This document shows positions 17,481-25,115 of a stretch of DNA of 32,000 nucleotides, piece by piece. The stretch spans positions 30,001 to 62,000 of the forward strand of contig CAVRAI010000001.1 of assembly GCA_963718915.1 (NCBI GenBank). Reading direction: 5' to 3'. The DNA is from an uncultured Chloroflexia bacterium (lineage in GTDB: Bacteria > Chloroflexota > Ktedonobacteria > Ktedonobacterales > JADMIN01). The translations under genes were made by a program, and so were the position numbers. The stretch's first letter is position 1. Each line of letters opens with the position of its first letter. The notes under the pieces were generated by a model, which searched no databases, was not told the DNA's origin, and saw only the letters and a list, made by a program, of their open reading frames with translations.

Positions 17481-20051
17481 ATGGATGATGAGACGATGCG
17501 CTACGGTCCTCTTCGGGCAGGAGGCTCGATACCGCTTGCCATTGGCGCGCCTGATATCAGCCAGGAAGATACGATCATCTCCCGTGGTGTTACCACAGCC
17601 GACCTCTGGCGCGGGCGCGTTACGCGGCGGCTCCCACCACAGCGGTCACTCCCTCCATGGGCTGTTCCAGTTATTATCGCGGTCTTACTCGCCATCTTGC
17701 TGCCGAGCGTCCTGGCAGTCGCCTCGGTCTTCGAGGATTATTCGTCGCTCAAGAATTTGGGCGAGTCGGGCATGCGCCATCTGCTCACCGCTAAAGCCGA
17801 TCTCTCCGGCATACTGGGCGGCATCTCATCCAACAACTCCCTCTCCTCGCTGCTCAACGACAACGCGATGGGAGACGCTCCCTATACCTACTTTGTCCAG
17901 CGCCAGGGCGGAACAGCGAACCAGATTAACGTGACCATTCACCCCGCCTCGAATATGCCCAAGTCTGTCAAGACCAAGAGCTACAAGCAGACGCTTACGA
18001 CAAACACCGCGCTCACCCTCGGCGGCACGCCGCCAACAGCCGACACGGCGACACCTACGCCCACCCCGAAGCCCGGCGCCACCGCCACCGCGACCCCGTC
18101 GGGATCGGGTAACTCGGGCTTTTCCTTCGACCCAGCGGCCGTCAACCGTGCGGTTACCGAGCTGCATCTCGCGCAGAAGGACTTCCAGACACTACGCAAC
18201 AAACTGGCCAATCCCGACTGGGTGCTCTCACTCGCGCCCCGTGTGCCCGGCGTTGGCTCACAGGTCAACACCGCGACAACGCTGGCCAACATCGGCTATG
18301 ACGCGGCCTCGCTGGGGGTGGTGCTGGCCGACTCCGCGCAGCCGCTGATCGCCCGCCTGCACGCCGCGTCAGCGACTGGCACTGGCAATAGCGAGTTGAT
18401 TACCCAGAGCGATGTCGAATCACTGCAGGCTGGACTGGCGCAGGGCCAGATCTACTTCAACCGTATCGAGCAGGACCTGGCGGGTGTCCAGGTGAGCAGT
18501 CTGCCGATCAGCGCTTCGCAGAAGGCCCAGGTAAATGAAGTGATCGCGCTGATGCCGCGCTTCAAAGACCTTATTCCGCAGGCAAGCTACTACATTGGAC
18601 TGATCGGCTGGGTCTTGGGGGCAGACGCGCCGCGCCACTTCCTGGTGCAGACGCTGGATAACGGTGAGCTGCGCGGCACGGGTGGTTTCGAGGGATTCTA
18701 CAGCATCCTGACCATCGATCATGGCAAGGTGAGTCCGATTACGCTGCTGCGCGCCAACGATATTGACTATGGCAAGGCTGGCTGTGGCAAGGGCGTAAAT
18801 AATTGGTCTATCAACAATCCAGCGCCCGCGGCGTATCGCTCCTGGTGGCCATTCGCCAACTGGGGGCTGCGCGACGCCAACCTCAACTCGGATTTCCCGA
18901 CATCGGCAAAGCTCATCATGAACGCCTATAGCCATGAGGCGTGCACCAACGTGGATGGCGTTATCCAGTTCACGCCAGATGCCATCGCGAGCGTGCTGCG
19001 TGTGACCGGGCCGCTGACGGTGCCAGTTTTCAATGAGACCGTGACGGCGGACAACCTCGAGACCAAGATTCATTACTATGAGGAAAACGAAGCGGGCATT
19101 GCGAAGGCGCAGGCACTCTTCCACGACTACAATCCCGCCGACCGGAACAAGATTCGCACGAAATTCACCGAGGCTGTACAGCAGTTGCTCGAAACGCACG
19201 TCCGCCATCTGCCCAAGAGCGAGCTTATCCCGCTGGCGAAGCAGGCTCTGGCTGATCTACGCTCCAAAGACGTGCAGGTCTACGTCACCAATACCGGCGT
19301 CGAGTCTCAACTGCAAAAACTGCACGCTGATGGCGCAATCGATACAACGCCCAACGTCGACGGTCTCTTCGTCTCGCAGGTGAATGTCAGCATCTCGAAG
19401 GGATCGCCCTATGTCGCCACGACAATCAGCGACAATGTCACACTCGACACCAAGGGTGGCGCGACCCATCAACTGAACATCGCGCTCAAAAACAATGCGC
19501 AGTCTGGCGCCCAGGTGGCTGGATACACAACCTACCGTGACTACGTGCGCGTCTACGTGCCCGCGGGGGCGCGGCTGACGTATGCCGACGGGTTTGATAC
19601 TGGGAAGCTGATGTGCGTCGCCCCCACGCCGCCTCCAACCAATCCCAATCCGCCCAACCCACCGAATCCGCCCAATCCGCCCAATCCGCCCACGACCTCG
19701 GCCCCGACCTGTGGGTCGAATCCCTACCCTGACGGTGAACGTGTCTGCCCGAGCGGACAGTATCTGCCGCCGAAGGATCAGCAGGGTGGCTATATCGTGC
19801 AGCCCGGCAACAAGCCCGGCACGCTGAACAATGTCGGCTATCCACCCGCGACGAAGAGCGACGTCCCCGGCCTGACGATGTGGGGCGGCTATGTGGTGAT
19901 CCCGCAGTCCTGCACCGCCACGCTCTCGCTGAACTACTACGTGCCTAACGTGGTGAACCTCCAGGCGGTCGCCAGCGCGCAGGCGACGCCAACCACAACC
20001 ACCGCGCCGACCGGCGATATGCTCGATCCATGGCGGCGCGGGCTGGCGTAA
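17481..20051 (+). CDS. DUF4012 domain membrane-anchored protein with a C-terminal Pro-Asn repeat
   Basis: N-terminal TM (WAVPVIIAVLLAILLPSVLAV). DUF4012 signature FLVQTLDNGELRGTGGFEGFYSILTIDHGKV. ATG 17481 is preferred (GGGGAGA 10 nt upstream) over the ORF-track start at 17418. Confidence 0.7.
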   Translation: MDDETMRYGPLRAGGSIPLAIGAPDISQEDTIISRGVTTADLWRGRVTRRLPPQRSLPPWAVPVIIAVLLAILLPSVLAVASVFEDYSSLKNLGESGMRHLLTAKADLSGILGGISSNNSLSSLLNDNAMGDAPYTYFVQRQGGTANQINVTIHPASNMPKSVKTKSYKQTLTTNTALTLGGTPPTADTATPTPTPKPGATATATPSGSGNSGFSFDPAAVNRAVTELHLAQKDFQTLRNKLANPDWVLSLAPRVPGVGSQVNTATTLANIGYDAASLGVVLADSAQPLIARLHAASATGTGNSELITQSDVESLQAGLAQGQIYFNRIEQDLAGVQVSSLPISASQKAQVNEVIALMPRFKDLIPQASYYIGLIGWVLGADAPRHFLVQTLDNGELRGTGGFEGFYSILTIDHGKVSPITLLRANDIDYGKAGCGKGVNNWSINNPAPAAYRSWWPFANWGLRDANLNSDFPTSAKLIMNAYSHEACTNVDGVIQFTPDAIASVLRVTGPLTVPVFNETVTADNLETKIHYYEENEAGIAKAQALFHDYNPADRNKIRTKFTEAVQQLLETHVRHLPKSELIPLAKQALADLRSKDVQVYVTNTGVESQLQKLHADGAIDTTPNVDGLFVSQVNVSISKGSPYVATTISDNVTLDTKGGATHQLNIALKNNAQSGAQVAGYTTYRDYVRVYVPAGARLTYADGFDTGKLMCVAPTPPPTNPNPPNPPNPPNPPNPPTTSAPTCGSNPYPDGERVCPSGQYLPPKDQQGGYIVQPGNKPGTLNNVGYPPATKSDVPGLTMWGGYVVIPQSCTATLSLNYYVPNVVNLQAVASAQATPTTTTAPTGDMLDPWRRGLA
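19628..19693 (+). repeat. In-frame imperfect 9-bp tandem repeat encoding (PPN)n
   Basis: CCAATCCCAATCCGCCCAACCCACCGAATCCGCCCAATCCGCCCAATCCGCCC encodes PPPTNPNPPNPPNPPNPPNPP. Confidence 0.8.
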
Positions 20052-20143
20052 CACATAAGAGCAGAGATATCTGGAATGGCTTGACGACAGCAGGACAATG
20101 AGGTAGACGACAATTGCTGGCTTGCTCATGAGGAGTTAGACTT

Positions 20144-20733
20144 GTGGGCTTCAGCAACTCCCAACTGTCCTGCACGACCTGTACGAAGTCCGCGAGTGGC
20201 GGCATGCGACAGCAATTCTGGCGGCAGACTACCCCAATGAACTCGGCGATATCGTCGAGATACTTTCCGCGTTTCGGCTGTTGCGCAGCCACATAGAGGT
20301 TGGCGGCGGCAACAAATCGAAGGTCGCGGGTACCATCGACAAAGCGTTTCACGACCGTGGTTGGCAGGAACGAAGCTTCGATACCCGATTTGTGGTGGAC
20401 AAGGTTGAGTTGCCATCACCAACCCATAAAATCGACTGCTTCCGCAATGGCATTGGCATCGAGATAGAGTGGAATAACAAGGATCCGTTCTTTGATCGCG
20501 ATCTCAACAACTTTCGCCTGTTGTTCGAGTTGCGAGTCATAGCCGTTGGGATCATCATTACCCGATGTGACAACCTGCAAGAGATATTCGATGCATTAGG
20601 TAGAGGATGTTCGTACGGAGAATCCACGACGCATATGAGCAAACTGTTCCCGAAAGTTGAAGGCGGCGGTGCTGGTGGATGCCCATTGCTCGTCTTTGGC
20701 ATCAGCCAGAAGCTGTATGTAGATGGGGCATAG
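20144..20733 (+). CDS. BglII/BstYI/BamHI-fold type II restriction endonuclease, with an apparent frameshift at the start
   Basis: Catalytic pattern IDCFRNGIGIEIEW (D-x8-E-x-E) followed by VGIIITR, as in BstYI (D-x8-E-V-Q) and BglII. The N-terminus (LHDLYEVREW..PNELGDIVEIL) is also family-like. The conserved frame is open from 20140 but has no ATG/GTG/TTG before 20281. The SD-coupled GTG at 20144 is in another frame. Confidence 0.6.
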
Positions 20734-20735
20734 AT

Positions 20736-21425
20736 ATGGATGGCTCTAATCAAACACCAACGGCTGCGGAGGAGTTGCTGTCGCAGCAGCGAGGGTATTT
20801 TGGAACGATTCTGGCTGATCCGCCATGGCGGTTTCAGAACCGTACGGGAAAGATGGCCCCTGAGCATCACCGTCTATCACGGTATGAAACCATGACGATG
20901 GATGACATTTATGAGCTTCCTGTAGCGCAGTTGGCGTCGCCGAAGAGCCATCTGTATCTCTGGGTGCCTAACGCCCTTATTCTTGAAGGGCTGGAAACCA
21001 TGAAGCGCTGGGGATTTACCTATAAGACCCAGCTTATCTGGTATAAGGTGCGCAAAGATGGCGGGCCGGATGGCCGGGGCGTCGGTTTCTATTTTCGGAA
21101 TGTGACCGAGATCATTCTCTTTGGCGTCCGCGGCAACTTGCGAACATCGGCGCCAGGGCGGCGACAAGTCAACATCATCACGACCCGGAAGCGCGAACAC
21201 TCACGCAAGCCCGATGAGCTTTATGACGTCATCGAGCAGTGCAGCCCAGGCCCTTATCTCGAACTGTTCGCTCGCCATCCCCGACCGAACTGGTCACAGT
21301 GGGGCGATGAGATATTCGACGCTCCTCCAACCCAGCTCCGCCTCCCAGAGCTGACTCAGGAGCCAGGGAAGCCTCAGTTGCGGCTGGTCAAACCTCCGCG
21401 CGCGCCAAAGGTTGCCACATCGTAA
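20736..21425 (+). CDS. MT-A70 family N6-adenine DNA methyltransferase
   Basis: ILADPPWRF (DPPW catalytic motif), LYLWVPN, WGFTY..LIWYK, FYFRNVTEIILFGVRG, HSRKPDELY. ATG 20736 lies 3 nt after the endonuclease stop. Confidence 0.85.
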   Translation: MDGSNQTPTAAEELLSQQRGYFGTILADPPWRFQNRTGKMAPEHHRLSRYETMTMDDIYELPVAQLASPKSHLYLWVPNALILEGLETMKRWGFTYKTQLIWYKVRKDGGPDGRGVGFYFRNVTEIILFGVRGNLRTSAPGRRQVNIITTRKREHSRKPDELYDVIEQCSPGPYLELFARHPRPNWSQWGDEIFDAPPTQLRLPELTQEPGKPQLRLVKPPRAPKVATS

Positions 21426-21426
21426 C

Positions 21427-21457
21427 AAAAAGCCCCTCCCCTGGCGCCGGGGAGGGG
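21427..21457 (-). terminator. Rho-independent terminator of dps (hairpin shared with the convergent methylase gene)
   Basis: 9-bp GC stem CCCCTCCCC (21433-21441) / GGGGAGGGG (21449-21457) with a 7-nt loop. On the minus-strand transcript the hairpin is followed by CUUUUU (plus-strand AAAAAG, 21427-21432). Confidence 0.7.
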
Positions 21458-21481
21458 TGTCGGAGAGGGGGTACTTCTCCG

Positions 21482-22048
21482 TTAGTCGGTGTTGTCCATC
21501 CCCTGGCAGACCTCGAAGAGGAACCACGTGCGGCGCTCGGTCTGGTCGATGATGACTTCCAGCTCGCTGGCCGTCGCGTAGTCGCGATTCTTGTCACACA
21601 CCTCGTGGGCGGCGCGCTGCATCTTAGCTATGTGCGCGTTGTCCTCCATCAGGCGGCGCGCCATCTCGCCCGGCGCGACAAACTCATTGTTGTCATCCTC
21701 GATGGTCTGTAGCTCGCCGATGTGGCTGATGCTGCGGATCGTCGTGCCACCCACGCGCCGCACGCGCTCCGCCAGGATGTCTATTGAAGCCAATAGCGCG
21801 TCGGCATGATCGTCGAAGAGCAGGTGATACTCACGGAAATGCGAGCCGGAGAGATGCCAGTGGAAGTTCTTGGTCTTCACATATAGGGCAAATGCGTCCG
21901 CGATGAGCGGATTGAGCGCTTCGGTGATCGCCCGCGTCTCCTGAGCGGTCAGATCAGTTCTGGTGGCCAGTTGCTTCGCCGCGGGATACGCCTTCACATG
22001 GCCATTCGTGTGTGTTCGGGTCGCATGGTGCGTCGTCTGCGTCGTCAT
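21482..22048 (-). CDS. dps: Dps (DNA starvation/stationary-phase protection, ferritin-like) protein
   Basis: ALYVKTKNFHWHLSGSHFREYHLLFDDH and AERVRRVGGTTI motifs. Confidence 0.9.
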   Translation of the reverse strand: MTTQTTHHATRTHTNGHVKAYPAAKQLATRTDLTAQETRAITEALNPLIADAFALYVKTKNFHWHLSGSHFREYHLLFDDHADALLASIDILAERVRRVGGTTIRSISHIGELQTIEDDNNEFVAPGEMARRLMEDNAHIAKMQRAAHEVCDKNRDYATASELEVIIDQTERRTWFLFEVCQGMDNTD

Positions 22049-22107
22049 GACATTCCTTCTTTCTCAACAGGCTTAGTCGCGTCTGATGCCAGTCCATTTC
22101 GTTTTCG

Positions 22108-22143
22108 TGATGGCGCGTGGTGATACTATCGTGCGCGCCATCA
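22108..22143. promoter_or_regulatory. 10-bp perfect inverted repeat in the dps upstream region (candidate operator)
   Basis: TGATGGCGCG (22108-22117) and CGCGCCATCA (22134-22143) flank a 16-nt AT-richer core (TGGTGATACTATCGTG). On the dps strand that core contains a -10-like TAGTAT. Confidence 0.4.
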
Positions 22144-22236
22144 TCGCAACCACAGCACAAAACATGCCGCTGAACCAGGCAGTCGCCCCTTTCTGTGACC
22201 GAGAAGGGCAACAGTAAGCAACCTGGCGTTATTTGG

Positions 22237-22602
22237 CTACCGATTGGCGACCTTTTCGCGGCCATCGACAAAACGCGCGATGATCGTGGTGAAGATCGAA
22301 TAGAGAAACGAACCGAATACCACCGCCCAGAAGCCGTTGACCGAGAAGCCTGGCACGACCAACGACGCCAGCCAGAACAGGAAAGCATTGATGACTAGCA
22401 AGAAGAGACCAAGCGTCACGATGGTAATCGGAAAAGTCAGTATCTTGAGGATCGGCCCCACCACCGCATTGAGAACGCCAATCACCAGCGCCGCGATGAT
22501 AGCCGCCCCCCATGTGGCGTGAATTCCACTCAGCAGCCAGGCGACGACAATCAGTGCAACAGCGTTGAGACCCCATCTCACCAGAATCCACAGCAATCTC
22601 AT
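22237..22602 (-). CDS. Phage holin family 4 (DUF360/YvlD-like) membrane protein
   Basis: LNAVALIVVAWLLSGIH...LNAVVGPILKILTFPITIVTLGLFLLVINAFLFWLASLVVPGF. ATG 22602 is preferred because of a GGGGAGGG RBS. Confidence 0.8.
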   Translation of the reverse strand: MRLLWILVRWGLNAVALIVVAWLLSGIHATWGAAIIAALVIGVLNAVVGPILKILTFPITIVTLGLFLLVINAFLFWLASLVVPGFSVNGFWAVVFGSFLYSIFTTIIARFVDGREKVANR

Positions 22603-22708
22603 GGTGTATCCCTCCCCTTTGACTTTTTGACTCGCGGCCAATTCGCAATAGACGATAGCCACGCGCTATCCCATCGCCGCCTCGCCGTCCAGCATGCGAC
22701 CGGTTCGA

Positions 22709-22737
22709 TTGATCGCCCTTGCGCCGTGTGATACAGT
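22709..22737 (+). promoter_or_regulatory. Candidate promoter for the T-box/aspS transcript
   Basis: TTGATC (22709-22714), 17-nt spacer, extended -10 TGaTACAGT (22729-22737). Confidence 0.35.
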
Positions 22738-22774
22738 TCGTGCATACGGCTGTGATGGGAATCGTCCGGTTGTC

Positions 22775-23071
22775 GCCAGCGATGCAGAGAGCGGCGCGCA
22801 TGCTGCGAGCGCCGCCGCGGGCCAGCCCGACAGACCTCCTGGAGCCACACGGTGAACGCGCGTGGATTGCTCGTGATGCGCGCTATGTAGCCGTCGTCGG
22901 GATGCGCCCGTTAGCGCGCGAGCGGTCAGCGTGACGCCGTGTAACATCGCCTGTCATGTCTGGCCAACAGAGGCCTCGCTCAAACTATACGAAGCGAGGC
23001 GAATGGTGGTGGCACCACGAGTCGGCGCGTTAGCCCTCGTCCTCCAAAATACTGAGGATGAGGGCTTTTTG
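22775..23071 (+). promoter_or_regulatory. T-box riboswitch leader with intrinsic terminator (Asp-type)
   Basis: GCGAUGCAGAGAG (AGAGAG at 22786-22791), the F-box CCGUUA (22908-22913) and the T-box core GGUGGUGGCACCACG (23005-23019). The terminator stem is AGCCCTCGTCCTC (23032-23044) / GAGGATGAGGGCT (23054-23066), followed by a T run. A candidate specifier GAC-A sits at 22829-22832. Confidence 0.7.
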
Positions 23072-23128
23072 TATGCGCATTCATTCTCCCCTCCCTGTGT
23101 CGGGGAGGAGTTGGGGGAGAGGTCCGCG

Positions 23129-23179
23129 ATGGATGACGACGACGATACCGGAGACGCTAATCTGGGGGAAGACGCCTGA
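23129..23179 (+). CDS. Candidate leader peptide MDDDDDTGDANLGEDA
   Basis: ATG 23129 is preceded by GGGGGAGAGG (23113-22) at 6-nt spacing. Seven of the 16 codons are Asp, five of them consecutive. TGA at 23177-23179 lies 97 nt upstream of aspS. Confidence 0.4.
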   Translation: MDDDDDTGDANLGEDA

Positions 23180-23275
23180 GACGCATACGCCTGTGTGGCT
23201 GGCCTGCCAGGGGCGCCCTTCCCAACATGAACACGCATGGCAGGCCAACGACAACGCCAAACAGGAGTAGTTCTC

Positions 23276-24622
23276 ATGACTTCCACACGCTCATCGTCAA
23301 CCTCAGCGCCATCTAGCGGACGTATCCGCTCCGTCGAGGTTGCCGCGCACGTTGGCCAGCGCATCCAGATCGCGGGCTGGCTGCACGCGGTGCGTCGGCT
23401 CGGCGGCATTAGTTTTCTCATCCTGCGCGACGGCTGGGGTATCGTTCAGGTCGTCGCCGCCAGCGATGAAGAACTGGCCCCGCTCCGCGAAGCACAGGCT
23501 GGCCCCGAAAGTGTCTTGCTGGTCGAGGGCGCTGTAGCCACCGCCAGCCAGGCTCCCGGCGGTATCGAACTGCACGAGCCGCACATCACCGTGCTTACCG
23601 CCGTCGCCGAGACGCCACCCGTCACCCTTGGCAAGCGCGAGTTGAAGGCCAATCTGACCACGCTGCTCGACGAAGCGGTAATCGCCAACCGCCATCCCAC
23701 GCGGCGAGCTATCTTCCGGCTGGGCGCCAGCGCGATGGCCAGCTTCCGCGAGACGCTCAGCGCGCGCGGCTTCACCGAGATCCAGTCGCCTAAACTGGTC
23801 GAATCGGCCACCGAGGGCGGCGCCAACGTCTTCGCGCTGGACTACTTTGGCCGCCCCGCCTACCTGGCGCAGAGTCCGCAGTTCTACAAGCAGATCATGG
23901 TCGGCGTCTTCGAGCGCGTCTTCGAGGTCGGCCCGGTCTTCCGCGCCGAGCCACACGACACCACCCGCCACATCAACGAATACGTCAGCCTGGATATGGA
24001 GATGGGCTTCATCGAGAACCACTTCACCATCATGGCGGTTGCCCGTGAGGCGCTGGCGGCGATGATGGAGCGGTTTCGCGCGGCCAACGCCGCCGAGCTT
24101 GTGTTGCTGGGCGTCACAATGCCGGAGGTTCCCGCCGAGATACCGCATATCCATTTCGCCGAGGCGCAGGAACTGATTTTTCAGCGGCATGGGGTGGATG
24201 TACGCGGCGAGCCAGACCTCTCGCCGCAAGACGAGCGCTGGCTGGGCGAATGGGCGCGCGCCGAGCATGGCAGCGACTTCGTCTTCGTCACCGGCTACCC
24301 GATGCGCAAGCGCCCCTTCTATACTCATCCCGATTCCGCGCGTCCGGAATACTCCAACTCAGCAGACCTGCTCTTCCGCGGGACGGAGTTGATGACTGGC
24401 GGGCAGCGGCTGCATCGCTACGATGACTATCTGGCGGCGCTGGCCGAGCGACACATCTCGCCTGAGCCATTCCGCGACTACCTGGAGGCGTTCCGCTATG
24501 GCATGCCGCCCCACGGTGGTTTCGCCATCGGATTGGAGCGCCTGCTGATGCAGCTCACTGGGCTGCCCTCGGTCAAGCTGGCGACGCTCTTCCCGCGCGA
24601 CCTGACCCGGCTGAGGCCGTAG
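23276..24622 (+). CDS. aspS: Aspartyl-tRNA synthetase, short archaeal/eukaryal-type (no GAD insertion)
   Basis: OB-fold N-terminus (IQIAGWLHAVRRLGGISFLILRDGWG). Class II motif 2 FRAEPHDTTRHINEYVSLDMEM and motif 3 GGFAIGLERLLM. ~448 aa from ATG 23276 (AGGAG RBS). Confidence 0.9.
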   Translation: MTSTRSSSTSAPSSGRIRSVEVAAHVGQRIQIAGWLHAVRRLGGISFLILRDGWGIVQVVAASDEELAPLREAQAGPESVLLVEGAVATASQAPGGIELHEPHITVLTAVAETPPVTLGKRELKANLTTLLDEAVIANRHPTRRAIFRLGASAMASFRETLSARGFTEIQSPKLVESATEGGANVFALDYFGRPAYLAQSPQFYKQIMVGVFERVFEVGPVFRAEPHDTTRHINEYVSLDMEMGFIENHFTIMAVAREALAAMMERFRAANAAELVLLGVTMPEVPAEIPHIHFAEAQELIFQRHGVDVRGEPDLSPQDERWLGEWARAEHGSDFVFVTGYPMRKRPFYTHPDSARPEYSNSADLLFRGTELMTGGQRLHRYDDYLAALAERHISPEPFRDYLEAFRYGMPPHGGFAIGLERLLMQLTGLPSVKLATLFPRDLTRLRP

Positions 24623-24701
24623 GGAAATTCATACCCCCCCGATGCGGAGAAGGGCCGCAGGCGTTATGGGCAGTGATGGGAGAACCGTTCCATATCTGGC
24701 G

Positions 24702-24724
24702 CCCCTCTCTCTGTGGGAGAGGGG
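24702..24724. repeat. CCCCTC/GAGGGG hairpin element (member of a dispersed family)
   Basis: CCCCTCTC (24702-24709) / GAGAGGGG (24717-24724) with a 7-nt loop, followed by CTGGGGGTGA. Related elements are at 21433-21457 and, in degenerate form, 23085-23122. Confidence 0.6.
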
Positions 24725-24736
24725 CTGGGGGTGATG

Positions 24737-24979
24737 TCAGCGCAGCGTCGCCCAGATATGCGGCCCGGAGGACACGGCATCCTCGCCGACGACATGGAAG
24801 CCGTGGCGCTGGTAGACGCCGATGTTTGCCGCATTCTCCGTTTCCAGGTAGCAGGGTAGACCTGCGGCATCCGCCCGCGCCAGCATTGGCCGCAGCAGGC
24901 GCGTGGCGATCCCCTGACGCTGAAGCGCAGGCGAGAAGCACGGCAATGCGGCGCGCATCCGGCATCTCAGCGCGCGCAA
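24737..24979 (-). pseudogene. Truncated GNAT N-acetyltransferase (C-terminal half only)
   Basis: SPALQRQGIATRLLRPMLARADAAGLPCYLETENAANIGVYQRHGFHVVGE is the GNAT acetyl-CoA motif A plus the C-terminal strands. The N-terminal ~70-80 aa of the fold are absent, and the upstream ATG (24999) is in a different frame. Confidence 0.5.
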
Positions 24980-25115
24980 GACCTGTGAGATGATCGCTCT
25001 CCATCGCGGCCACTTCTTAATTCTCTCCGCTATTCTCTCCGCTTATCACCGCCTCATCTACTCTGCATGATACCGCCGACGCGGGATAAACCTGTCAGCG
25101 AGTGAGCCAAGAAAA

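Noticed and set aside
18420-20129. Two long minus-strand ORFs (18420..19208 and 19257..20129).
   Set aside because: Both are antisense to the DUF4012 gene. They are Arg-rich and have no RBS or motifs.
22700-22715. GGTTCGATT, considered as a tRNA T-loop.
   Set aside because: It has no flanking acceptor or anticodon arms and no GGTTCGAnTCC context. No tRNA is present in the window.
23303-24328. 341-aa minus-strand ORF.
   Set aside because: It is antisense to aspS, whose class II motifs 2 and 3 are present on the plus strand.
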